Origin: a virus
IMG/VR virus record: IMGVR_UViG_3300045988_169928
Location: 32,001 to 96,000 of that record
Reading direction: 5' to 3' (one strand)
DNA: 64,000 bases
In this document: positions 40,021 to 49,099 of the stretch, one piece after another
How positions within the stretch are numbered: position 1 is the stretch's first letter
How the letters are laid out: every line of letters starts with the position of its first letter
Made by a program: the position numbers and the translations under genes
Notes under the pieces: model-generated
Databases searched by the model: none
Seen by the model: the letters and a program-made list of their open reading frames with translations, nothing else
What the model was told of the DNA's origin: nothing

Positions 40021-40833
40021 CTAACTATTTAATGAAAAACCAATTAACTTATTATATTTATCACGTTGTTTAACAGCTTCTTCCAATGTTTTGAACTCAC
40101 CTAAATACTTATCTTTGCGTCCACCATATGAAACCCATTTACTACGGCGCTTATCATAATAAATATAAGAGTGTCCACTCAAACCAGGGCGTACATCACG
40201 ATTACGCTGTTGTGTCTTATGTGAAGCCCATCTAATATTACCAGGAACATACCCCTTATGATTATCAATTCGATCAACAGTATAATCTGGACTAGGCTTT
40301 GGCCCTAACTCCTTAAAAAATCCAACTGGAGAATTAATCCAATCAGGATATACTTTAGGGCCGTCAACAATCAATTCATCATAATGCTTAAATGCCTTAT
40401 GCCGAGGATTAGTAGTTCGTGCAATCATAGCAATCCAACTCTGGTATCTAGGATCATTAGACAGTCCATTTTGAGACCGGGAAATATGACCACAGCTACT
40501 AGTATGTCCACTTTTAACATCACCAATTGTAGATATAAACAATTTACCACAGGTACACTGAATTTGATAATACCAATTAAAATACTTGTCATGATACATT
40601 GGTTTAATAACCTGAAGGCCATTAATAATTTGTCCAGAATAATCAACTTTAGGACACCAATGGCACTTAACTGTATCACCATTACGTAAATGATCAGCTC
40701 GTACATCAATGTGATGTCCACAATCACACTTACAGTGATAATAACGAGGACGATCCTTCAAACTTTCTATGACAACTAATTTACCGAACCGTTTACCAAC
40801 TGAAATTGGCGGATATTTATGGATATTAGCCAT
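40021..40833 (-). CDS. Free-standing HNH homing endonuclease.
   Basis: ORF of 270 aa. GKLVVIE..YYHCKCDCGH and a second TCGKLF...SGHTSSCGH are zinc ribbons typical of phage HNH_3 endonucleases. The C-terminal GYVPGNIRWASHKTQQRNRD is an HNH-type motif of the N..W......N form. Confidence 0.65.
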   Translation of the reverse strand: MANIHKYPPISVGKRFGKLVVIESLKDRPRYYHCKCDCGHHIDVRADHLRNGDTVKCHWCPKVDYSGQIINGLQVIKPMYHDKYFNWYYQIQCTCGKLFISTIGDVKSGHTSSCGHISRSQNGLSNDPRYQSWIAMIARTTNPRHKAFKHYDELIVDGPKVYPDWINSPVGFFKELGPKPSPDYTVDRIDNHKGYVPGNIRWASHKTQQRNRDVRPGLSGHSYIYYDKRRSKWVSYGGRKDKYLGEFKTLEEAVKQRDKYNKLIGFSLNS

Positions 40834-40956
40834 ATTAAATCAACCCCCTATAAAATAAAAATAGATATGCAAACTACTTATCGTCTGCATATCTATTATA
40901 AAACATACCTATTTAAATATCAATCAAAATAGTATTAATCATTGGGGTAGTAGAGA

Positions 40957-41574
40957 TTACCACCAGCCATTGGCTACCCAATGATCCTTAGCATTTTGCC
41001 AGCTACCGTATCGTTCTAAGCAGTAATTATCAGCTACTTGTTCTTGGTTTGCTGGCGAATAGTCACCATTTAGGTAAGAGCTGGAAAGTTGGTAGCGACC
41101 AGTATATTGACCGTTCTGGGCGGTGTAGGAGCCACCGGATTCACGCTGGGCAATCCATTCCTTAGCTTCCTGTTCACTGCTAGATTGGTTATTGCTAGTG
41201 GTGTTATCAACTGGTTGCTGGTTAGTTTGTGGTTGACTAACACTGGCAGTTTGGTTAGCCGGTTGATGACTAACCGGTTGTTGGTTTACTGACCCAGTTA
41301 AATTTAATTGTTGACCAACCTGAATAAAATCCTTATTAGCAAGGTTGTTATCCTTAACTAATTGATCAACACTGGTATTGTAGGTAGTGGCAATTTCACT
41401 TAAAGTATCACCAGATTGAACCGTGATAATGTTTCCATTGCGAGTGCTGGCGTCAGCTTCGTCACTGTTTGATGTTACGCCAATAGCAGTCACACCTAAC
41501 ATTAATCCAACACCTAATACTAACTTTAACTTATTATGATTAGACTTATTAGTTTCTTTTAAAATAAAAACCAC
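40957..41574 (-). CDS. Secreted LysM-domain protein with a C-terminal lysozyme-like domain (Apf-like, related to aggregation-promoting factors).
   Basis: ORF of 205 aa with a signal peptide (LKLVLGVGLMLGVTAIGVTSNSDEADA). The LysM is TVQSGDTLSEIATTYNTSVDQLVKDNNL. The C-terminus is WIAQRESGGSYTAQNGQYTGRYQL...ANGWW, a pattern seen in Lactobacillus Apf / SLT-like surface proteins. Confidence 0.55.
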   Translation of the reverse strand: MVFILKETNKSNHNKLKLVLGVGLMLGVTAIGVTSNSDEADASTRNGNIITVQSGDTLSEIATTYNTSVDQLVKDNNLANKDFIQVGQQLNLTGSVNQQPVSHQPANQTASVSQPQTNQQPVDNTTSNNQSSSEQEAKEWIAQRESGGSYTAQNGQYTGRYQLSSSYLNGDYSPANQEQVADNYCLERYGSWQNAKDHWVANGWW

Positions 41575-41659
41575 CCTTTCTATTATGTTAATAATATAAC
41601 CTTATAGGTTTAATTGCAATAACACAGTTATATCATTTACTTTACAAGTATTACATTTA

Positions 41660-42106
41660 TTACTTGTTCTGTAACACAAACTGAACGAGGAACTCATCAT
41701 TAAATTCTTGGAACTTTGGCGTACCATCGTCATTACTACCAACACATACCGCTTCCCGCTTAATAACCTTTAATGATGGTGAGGTTACTGGGGTTAGAAT
41801 CTTACTTAGTTTTAGATACAGCCAGTTAAACTCCTTTGGCAAGTAACCAATGTGTAATGGCTGATTAATGGCCTTAAACACCACCTTAACGGCGTTGTGG
41901 TCGTACTGGTTATCTGGTTCGGTAATCAGATCAATGGAATAGTTGTAAACCCTTTCTTGTTGACCGTTTTCATCATAACTAAAATCTGGCATTGCCTTCA
42001 TTAACAGTTCATCGACTTCATTCTGGTGAAAGGTAGTACCAACCACCTTAAAAGTGACTAAGATCTGATTATCGTCTAAATCATAGATTACAAAGTGACC
42101 CTTCAT
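41660..42106 (-). CDS. HIRAN-domain protein.
   Basis: ORF of 148 aa. VVGTTFHQNEV..L...L.TEPDNQYDHNAVKVVF.....IGYLPKE matches the HIRAN signature. Confidence 0.5.
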   Translation of the reverse strand: MKGHFVIYDLDDNQILVTFKVVGTTFHQNEVDELLMKAMPDFSYDENGQQERVYNYSIDLITEPDNQYDHNAVKVVFKAINQPLHIGYLPKEFNWLYLKLSKILTPVTSPSLKVIKREAVCVGSNDDGTPKFQEFNDEFLVQFVLQNK

Positions 42107-42121
42107 GTTGAAACAACCTCC

Positions 42122-42352
42122 TTAATTCTCATGGTGATAGACAATGGTTAATACAGTTGCATACTGTGCAATATCAACTAATTCAGTGTCAATCTTAAAA
42201 GCGTCAACCTTGACGTCTTGCTGGTCATACTTAGCTAACCATTTATTTAACTTATTAACACATTTTTTTACATCTTCATCACTATAGTATGGTTCAATAT
42301 ATGCTGATTTATTAACCTTATTACCATAGAAACTATTAGTTAGATACTCCAT
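42122..42352 (-). CDS. Small hypothetical protein.
   Basis: ORF of 76 aa. Confidence 0.4.
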   Translation of the reverse strand: MEYLTNSFYGNKVNKSAYIEPYYSDEDVKKCVNKLNKWLAKYDQQDVKVDAFKIDTELVDIAQYATVLTIVYHHEN

Positions 42353-42899
42353 AGTTCTTCTACCCCCACTTCATGTACCTTACGTCCGTCTGGGAATACC
42401 ACTGTGAACTCCTCTTTTAATAAGTTCACGCCAAGTAACCTAACTGGCTTACCTTGGTACATTACTGCTTGTCCAGTCTGAAAACAATGTTCTGCTTGAT
42501 TCATTTCCATCTTAACTACTGACCTTCTTATCCGAGAAACAGTGCTACTAACAGTAAACTAACCAGACTACCTACGATCACACTGGTGGTTAGGTTAATT
42601 AAATCATAGTTAAACTGATCTTCTTCTTTCATCTAGTCCATCTTACTTTCTATTTGATTGTCTTTATTATCTACCACTACGTCCTAATTGTCAATACTTT
42701 TTTCTAATCAATGGTAAAAATAAAGTTCTGACTATTTCTATCTTAATAATATTAACCTAGTTAGTTGTTCTAATCTTTATCCCTAATTAATGAATGTTTA
42801 TTCCAGTTTTTCAGTTATATTCATTTCTATTAATTCTTACAGTAAATACTGGTGTTATATCCTTGTTGTAAGAATATTCATTTCTAACTGTTATATGTA

Positions 42900-44050
42900 T
42901 ACTAGCTAACTCCGTCCTAGCTATTCTAACCTAACCTAAGAGTTAAACCAAGAATGTTAACCAAGAAGATAAAACTTTAAGGGTTAAACCTTTAAGAGTT
43001 ATCTCTTTCTGGATAACAGTTTACAAGGAAGTAACCTGTTATCCAAAGTTTAACCTTGACAATATGTGAACACCCGAGTTTGGGTTGAGGGAGTGAAGGG
43101 GAAGGTTAAACTTTTACCTCCTACTCCGGACAGAAAATACAGATTAATACATAGGAATTAACTGATGGAATAGGGGGTAAGAGTTGTAAGTGATTAATAT
43201 TGGGAAACACCGAGTTTGGTATATCGGTCGTTCGGGTATAGTACATCACAGGGGAACCTTTACTATGAAACGTATTTCAACTGGATCAATCTAACAGCTT
43301 TTTAAAACCTCCGGAAGTCCCGGTTTCTGATCATTGGTATTATCACTAATACCTTTAACCATAATTAGTTAAGCAGTGTTCACCATTCCTGATTACTTTT
43401 TAGCTTACCTAGTTCCAACAAGTGTCGGTCTGTTAGCTCCTCCCCTTGGTTACTTGTAACTTAATGTTTAGCATATCAAGACCAAACATCACCAGTTACA
43501 AGACCGTTAGGGAACTTCCCTACCAGCCGTGCCTTATAGTAGCACTCACTAATACTAAAGCTACGGCCCTAGGTTTTAATTGGTTCCCCCATGAATCAGG
43601 CTAATTTGTAGCTTCGCATGAATTTTATAGTTAGGCTCATGACACCATCTCAATCGGTTTTAAGACCCTTATTCCTCTCTGGCAACCTAGTAGCAAGTCA
43701 TATGCTATTCAGTTGTGATAGTCCAGTCTTGGATATAGAACCCGGAACTTGCTTGATTTATAGTTCCCAAACCTGTAATTGTAACGCGCCTCATGAGACC
43801 TTGCCTTGTGGGGGGCGTTCACCTCGTTATCCCATTGCCTAATCAAGTAGGCTTAACTCAAACGGTGAAGTTGATATTTAACTGTAAGATACTAGGACAC
43901 ACGGTTTTGCCCTTATCCTAGTAGGGTACTCGTAGCTATTTCAACGGGTATTGAACGTTCTACTCATACTCACCAATCTCTTGGTTTTAATTTAACCCTA
44001 GTATATCACAACCAACAATAGAGGCAAGGGATTTGCCTAAATTTATCAAA
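42900..44050. ncRNA. Candidate large structured ('ornate') non-coding RNA of the GOLLD/ROOL class. Strand and exact ends are undetermined.
   Basis: About 1.4 kb with no plausible CDS between divergent operons (42650..44067). It is GC-richer than its flanks and dense in nested inverted repeats, for example GGTTAAACCTTT..GGATAACAG[16 nt]CTGTTATCC..AAAGTTTAACC at 42982-43056. CCGAGTTTGG is repeated at about 43075 and 43211. It lies about 1 kb upstream of two tRNA genes. Confidence 0.4.
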
Positions 44051-44067
44051 AAAAATTTGAAATTCTC

Positions 44068-44096
44068 TTGACGTTGATAAAAAGTGGGTATAAACT
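44068..44096 (+). promoter_or_regulatory. Sigma70-like promoter for the 44128 operon.
   Basis: TTGACG (44068-44073) is followed about 15-17 nt later by TATAAA (44089-44094). The ATG at 44128 has the RBS AAGGAGA. Confidence 0.5.
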
Positions 44097-44127
44097 AGAA
44101 CCATGAAATAGAAAAGGAGACACAATT

Positions 44128-44451
44128 ATGCACTGGTACCGAATGAATTTAGGAACTAATTTCCCAGTTTTAAGCGAGAGAACCACCAGTGCCTTTGTCA
44201 ACGTATTACGGGATAATAACTCCCCAGAACATAAGGCTGTTGAAAACTACGACCACTTTGGCTTAGTTCACATTGGATTAGATGTTCACGGGGTATATTT
44301 ACAGACACAATCAAATAGCATTGAATGTGCCCACGAACGATTCACAGAGATTATCTTGCAAGTAATTAAATCTCTTAATATCAGCGAAGTTAACGATGAA
44401 ACTATTGAACACGCCGTAGTAGAACAAGGAATCATTAGACAAGGGCTATAA
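44128..44451 (+). CDS. Hypothetical protein.
   Basis: ORF of 107 aa with a strong RBS. Confidence 0.5.
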   Translation: MHWYRMNLGTNFPVLSERTTSAFVNVLRDNNSPEHKAVENYDHFGLVHIGLDVHGVYLQTQSNSIECAHERFTEIILQVIKSLNISEVNDETIEHAVVEQGIIRQGL

Positions 44452-44467
44452 AGCAGGTGAGGAACAT

Positions 44468-44989
44468 ATGAGTAAGAACAAACGATTAGAACAAATGCAA
44501 CAAAATCTAACTGAACCTGTTTATGGTATTGATCTTGATTTTGGGGTAGCAATTAACGGGTTGGTAGTTATCTACCAATACCGGACAGATAGCCATGCTT
44601 TAGAAATTCTAAAGGAAAACAACCTGTTGTATGGAATTGAAGATACCAGCGGGTTCCCTTTTGGCAGGACTATGACTGGTTTTCGTATGCAATGTCAAAC
44701 TACTGACTATAATGCCATTGCTGATTTAGTAGCTAAGATGGTTGTCAAGGGAGTTGAATCCACAAGCAAGCTCAAGGGTGCGGTTGAATATCAAAAGAGT
44801 ATCGATCGTTCTCTGTTGATTGTTTCTCCAGACTTCGTGATTCCTAGTGAAGTGTTGAAGATGTATCAAAACGTTAATTCAGTATCACGAATTAGTTTTG
44901 ATCATGCAAAGAGCGGTGTGGGTCGTTTAGCTGATATTGTGGAAGCTCACTGGACTAATCTTCAATTCCCTCAAAATTATCTTAGATAA
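44468..44989 (+). CDS. Hypothetical protein.
   Basis: ORF of 173 aa with the RBS AGGTGAGG. Confidence 0.5.
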   Translation: MSKNKRLEQMQQNLTEPVYGIDLDFGVAINGLVVIYQYRTDSHALEILKENNLLYGIEDTSGFPFGRTMTGFRMQCQTTDYNAIADLVAKMVVKGVESTSKLKGAVEYQKSIDRSLLIVSPDFVIPSEVLKMYQNVNSVSRISFDHAKSGVGRLADIVEAHWTNLQFPQNYLR

Positions 44990-44993
44990 AGTG

Positions 44994-45022
44994 TTGACAT
45001 TGTAATTAATCTTTGATAATAT
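44994..45022 (+). promoter_or_regulatory. Consensus sigma70 promoter upstream of the tRNA cluster.
   Basis: TTGACA (44994-44999), a 17-nt spacer, then TAATAT (45017-45022). Confidence 0.6.
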
Positions 45023-45179
45023 ATAAACCATCAGGCGGGAGAACCATCGGGTACAGGTGTTAAAATCTCCCTAAACTATCCAACTACCATCAGCTAAGGC
45101 GTACCCCCTGACAAGAGTATTGCTGGTGGTTAAGTGACAATGCTAACAAGTTCCAGAAGCCTTATAGTTAGCATAATAA

Positions 45180-45252
45180 GCTAATTTAGCTCAATTGGCA
45201 GAGCGCCTGCCTTGTAAGCAGGAGGCTACAAGTTCGATTCTTGTAATTAGCA
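45180..45252 (+). tRNA. tRNA-Thr (anticodon TGT).
   Basis: I folded the cloverleaf by hand. The acceptor is GCTAATT/AATTAGC with discriminator A. The D arm is GCTC-AATTGGCA-GAGC. The anticodon arm is CCTGC-CTTGTAA-GCAGG. The T arm is ACAAG-TTCGATT-CTTGT. Confidence 0.85.
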
Positions 45253-45316
45253 TTGTTGGCCATTTCTAACTTTCTCTTTTTTATCAATTCCCACTAGATC
45301 TTGTGGCCAACATTTT

Positions 45317-45405
45317 GGAGAATTACCCAAGTTGGTTGAAGGGGCACCCCTGCTAAGGGTGTAGGCCGGGAAACTGGTGCGAGAGTTCGAATCTCTCATT
45401 CTCCG
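45317..45405 (+). tRNA. tRNA-Ser (anticodon GCT), a class II tRNA with a long variable arm.
   Basis: The acceptor is GGAGAAT/ATTCTCC with discriminator G. The anticodon arm is CACCC-CTGCTAA-GGGTG. The variable arm is TAGGCCGGGAAACTGGTGC. The T arm is GAGAG-TTCGAAT-CTCTC. Confidence 0.85.
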
Positions 45406-45510
45406 TTGCAACATCAACATATTGTTGAACCGTTGCAAACCTGACCGATATTTGATAATTTTTAGCCCGTAAAAATTTTGCAGTCGCTATTAGTTCAGGT
45501 TGTTTAAGTG

Positions 45511-45545
45511 GGATAGTTATTAACTATCCTGCTTTTATTTATTAT
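45511..45545 (+). terminator. Rho-independent terminator after the tRNA cluster.
   Basis: GGATAGTT-att-AACTATCC followed by tgcTTTTATTTATT. Confidence 0.6.
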
Positions 45546-45613
45546 AATTTAAAAAAATGTATTGACAAAATGCTTGACCATGTTACTATTAAGTTTAAGG
45601 GGGTGGTCAAAAC

Positions 45614-45751
45614 ATGATAGCTGTAAGAGTTCTTTTCATAATTATGTTGATGTGGTTAGTAATGGACGCAATCATTAGTTCCCGTTGGTTCTTAAACTTT
45701 TGTATGAAACTAAGGCACCAATTCTATAAGAAAAGCAAGAAAAGAAAGTAG
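45614..45751 (+). CDS. Small hydrophobic protein of 45 aa, below the ORF-track length cutoff.
   Basis: ATG at 45614 with the RBS AAGGGGGTGG 8 nt upstream. The product MIAVRVLFIIMLMWLVMDAIISSRWFLNFCMKLRHQFYKKSKKRK has one predicted TM segment and a basic tail. Confidence 0.4.
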   Translation: MIAVRVLFIIMLMWLVMDAIISSRWFLNFCMKLRHQFYKKSKKRK

Positions 45752-45763
45752 GAAGATAACAAG

Positions 45764-48739
45764 ATGAAGATCAAGATTATTATTGATTCATATCAGGAAG
45801 ATATGTTCAAAGTGGTAAATAATCAAGTTACCCAACAGGTTGCTAGTTCTAAGCTAGGTCGTATCTTGATGAACGAAGTGATTAATCACCCCCAAAAGGG
45901 GTTAGATACGAAAGATCATGATTTAAGCGTTGGCTTCTTTATTCAGGAAGTTCCTCGCATGATTAACGAAGATACCTATGCTAAGCCTAAAGCTGATACC
46001 ATTAACAAGTATTTAACTAAACTTATCTTTAACATCAAACAGGATAAGCCCGATATTGTAGTTGTGTTTGGGTCTTGGTGTGCTAACGCTTTATGTAAGC
46101 GTACAGAAGTGAAGAAGAAACTATATGAGCTGACTAAGATTGACTTAGATGGGTTCACCACTTACTTTGCCTTTAGCCCTTCTCTCCGGCGGTTAAACCA
46201 ATTGTCACCAATGGAGCATGACCAATACCTAATTCAGAATCGGACTATTAATCGTTTCTTAAAGGGTGGGTTTGTCAACACCCTCCCCCAGTTTGGTAAG
46301 TATGAATTACTAGATGATTTTGATAAGGTAAAACAAACTTTCGATTATGTTTCATCGTTACCAGATAAGCACGTTATTGCGATGGACTTTGAAACTAATA
46401 CCCTAGAAACCTATCGTTCAGGGGCCAAGGCAATCATGCTAAGTATGTCGTGGGAAGAACACCAAGGGGTTTCAATCCCCCTCGAACACAAGTTGTATTC
46501 TAACCTTTGGACAAAAGAACAGTTCGACTATATCATTAATTGGATTTTATCCTTCTTTGATTCCCCACATTGGAAAGTCATGCACAACGCTAACTATGAC
46601 CTTCAAATGTTAATGGATATTTATGGACTAAAACACGCCCAAAGAGTTTTAGATACCATGCTAATGTATTATGAAATGTACACCGAAGAAAAGGGTGCGC
46701 AACGTGGTCTAAAGCACCTTGCCTATCTTTTTACGGACATGGGAGGCTATGAAGATGAACGTGATCTGGCTATGGAAGATTACCTACAAAAGCACCATGA
46801 TCGTTGGGAAAAGGAACAAAAAGAAAAGTTAGCTCGGGGTGAGATTAAACGGATTGTTAAATCACAGTATGAACCCCCTAAAAATGAAGTTGACGGCGGT
46901 AAATTTAACTTTGAATGGTTACCTTTAGATTTACTATATAAGTATGCTAGTGCTGATACAGACGTTACCTTACAGCTGTATCACAAGTTCTTGCCAAAGA
47001 TTAGAGAACACCAAAAATGGTTTGATATGGTCTTTAACTACTACCCTAAGTTAGTAGAAACTCTATCCTTTATGCAAAGCACTGGGTTCAAGGTTGATCG
47101 GGATAAGTTAAATAATTATCACGACCACTTCCTAAAAGAACAAGAAGATATTACTAAGAAGATTTATGATACAGTCCCCGAAGTCAAGGAACTAGAACAT
47201 ATACGTCAGGGTTATGTTCAGGAGAGGGAAAAGATTAAGCAGATTAAGCCTGCTGATCGAACCCCAGAACAGAAACAGAAATTTAAGGACTACTTCAAAT
47301 ACTCTAAAAAAACTAATGGCCTATATGGTTATCAATTTAACCCGGGTAGTCGTGATGATGTAAATTATGTATTATATAAGATGATGGGGTATGAACTACC
47401 ACCAGAAAAAGAATATCTGTCGGACAAGTATTCCCGATATGCTGGGAAGGAAGATCAGATTACTTGGAAGATGTATAAGTCTGATCGTAAGGTTGCTTTA
47501 CCATATATAAAGAATAAGTATCATGAACCATTGGCTGACTTATTACTTACTTACTCTAAGGATAAGAAGATGGTGAGTGGGGTTACTGATTCTTATGGTA
47601 GTTTGTTAGATGACAATAGTATTATCCACACTAAATTCCAGATTACAGGAACCTCGACTGGCCGTCTTGCTAGTCAAAACCCGAACATTCAGAATATCCT
47701 CAAGCCAACTTCTAACGTTTATGACCCTAATTATAATTATCCCGTTAAAGCATTATTCGTGTCTAGGTTTGATAATGGATATATTTTCAACATTGACTAC
47801 AAGTCCCTAGAATACTTTGTGGCTGGATTGATTACCAAGGATTTAGGGCTTATGCAGACGTTAATGGACGGAGCCGATATTCATAAGTCTAATGCTAGTA
47901 AGGCGTTCCATGTTCCTTTTGATGAGGTTACTGCTGACCAACGTTTTAAGGCTAAATCAGTAGGTTTCGGGCTTATGTATGGCGAGACAGAGCAAGGGTT
48001 AGCTGAAACATTGCATTCCAGCCTAGAAGAAGCTAAGGACACAATGCAAAAGGTGTTAGGGGCCATGCCGACCCTATCTAAGGTCATTGACGCCGTACAC
48101 AATTTTGTTGAACAACGCGGATATGTTGAAACTATTCGGGGGCACGTTCGCCGTCTCCCTGACGCAAAGTATGGTAGCTATGGTAGTAAGGCAAGGGCGC
48201 TTCGACAGTCCTTCAATGCGCTTGTCCAAGGTAGTGGGGCTAACGTTACTAACACAGCCTTGATTAAGGTTAGAGAAGTGCTACGGGGCTATAAGTCAGA
48301 ACTGGTTGCAACGGTTCACGATAGTATTGTGCTAGATGTCCACCCTGACGAAGTAATGATAGTTCCTAGATTAGTTAAGGAAATCATGGAACAGGTAGAA
48401 ATTCCTGCCTTCATTCTTAACATTGCTGATTTTCCTGATTTACGAATTGATGATAAGTACAAGATCAATGATAAACAGTTCCGTTTCCCACTCTTTGCGG
48501 AAATTGAATTTGGCCACGTATATGGAGAAGAACTCGACTATGATGTTGATCTAATAGGCCAAGTTGGTATGGACAGGTATTATGATTATGCGAAGAAGGT
48601 TAAGTATTCTAAGGATAAACTTAATACTGACTTAGGCAAAGAAGATGATGAAGATAAGAAGGAACAATTAGTTAAGGAACATGATGAATATCTTAACCAA
48701 CTAAAAACTGGTTTGGTAGGTGATAATAATGACTGTTAA
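45764..48739 (+). CDS. DNA polymerase I-type (family A) with a 3'-5' exonuclease domain.
   Basis: ORF of 991 aa. Exo I is VIAMDFETNTLE. Motif A is DYKSLEYFVAG. Motif B is RFKAKSVGFGLMYGE. Motif C is VHDSIVLDV. There is an N-terminal extension of about 190 aa. Confidence 0.9.
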   Translation: MKIKIIIDSYQEDMFKVVNNQVTQQVASSKLGRILMNEVINHPQKGLDTKDHDLSVGFFIQEVPRMINEDTYAKPKADTINKYLTKLIFNIKQDKPDIVVVFGSWCANALCKRTEVKKKLYELTKIDLDGFTTYFAFSPSLRRLNQLSPMEHDQYLIQNRTINRFLKGGFVNTLPQFGKYELLDDFDKVKQTFDYVSSLPDKHVIAMDFETNTLETYRSGAKAIMLSMSWEEHQGVSIPLEHKLYSNLWTKEQFDYIINWILSFFDSPHWKVMHNANYDLQMLMDIYGLKHAQRVLDTMLMYYEMYTEEKGAQRGLKHLAYLFTDMGGYEDERDLAMEDYLQKHHDRWEKEQKEKLARGEIKRIVKSQYEPPKNEVDGGKFNFEWLPLDLLYKYASADTDVTLQLYHKFLPKIREHQKWFDMVFNYYPKLVETLSFMQSTGFKVDRDKLNNYHDHFLKEQEDITKKIYDTVPEVKELEHIRQGYVQEREKIKQIKPADRTPEQKQKFKDYFKYSKKTNGLYGYQFNPGSRDDVNYVLYKMMGYELPPEKEYLSDKYSRYAGKEDQITWKMYKSDRKVALPYIKNKYHEPLADLLLTYSKDKKMVSGVTDSYGSLLDDNSIIHTKFQITGTSTGRLASQNPNIQNILKPTSNVYDPNYNYPVKALFVSRFDNGYIFNIDYKSLEYFVAGLITKDLGLMQTLMDGADIHKSNASKAFHVPFDEVTADQRFKAKSVGFGLMYGETEQGLAETLHSSLEEAKDTMQKVLGAMPTLSKVIDAVHNFVEQRGYVETIRGHVRRLPDAKYGSYGSKARALRQSFNALVQGSGANVTNTALIKVREVLRGYKSELVATVHDSIVLDVHPDEVMIVPRLVKEIMEQVEIPAFILNIADFPDLRIDDKYKINDKQFRFPLFAEIEFGHVYGEELDYDVDLIGQVGMDRYYDYAKKVKYSKDKLNTDLGKEDDEDKKEQLVKEHDEYLNQLKTGLVGDNNDC

Positions 48740-48953
48740 GATCAAGCTGTTCAAGCCCGAAGATCACTATACCGATACGGACGTGGATAACTTCATTAAA
48801 TCCCACTTCGTTTACCGGATTGAAACTTTCCCTCATGCTAATAAAGCTGGTGCTGGTCACTACGTAGCATTAACCTATAAAGAGAACGAGTATACCCCTA
48901 ATAGCTCACAGGGGGACAATACAGACACTTTAGCCAAGCATATGTACAATTAA
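48729..48953 (+). CDS. Small hypothetical protein.
   Basis: The ORF starts at the MTVKIKLF Met and overlaps the polymerase stop. Confidence 0.4.
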   Translation: MTVKIKLFKPEDHYTDTDVDNFIKSHFVYRIETFPHANKAGAGHYVALTYKENEYTPNSSQGDNTDTLAKHMYN

Positions 48954-48970
48954 TCGAATAATCACTAAAA

Positions 48971-49006
48971 GCCCTTAGAAACGATTCTAGGGGCTTTCTT
49001 TTTTAT
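48971..49006 (+). terminator. Rho-independent terminator.
   Basis: GCCCTTAGAA-acga-TTCTAGGGGC followed by TTTCTTTTTT. Confidence 0.7.
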
Positions 49007-49099
49007 AAAATAAAATGTATCTTTTTTTGTATTTGGTGTTTCAAAAAAATATAAATGTGATATAATAAAGTCATCAACAAATGAAAGAAGGGATTAAAA

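Noticed and set aside
38383-40727. Short plus-strand ORFs (38383..38595, 40384..40689) and the in-frame antisense ORF 40425..40727 inside the holin and HNH genes.
   Set aside because: They are antisense to well-supported genes and lack ribosome-binding sites.
43618-43842. A 74-aa ORF within the structured intergenic region.
   Set aside because: It has no Shine-Dalgarno sequence and its composition is atypical. It lies within the inverted-repeat-rich putative RNA region.
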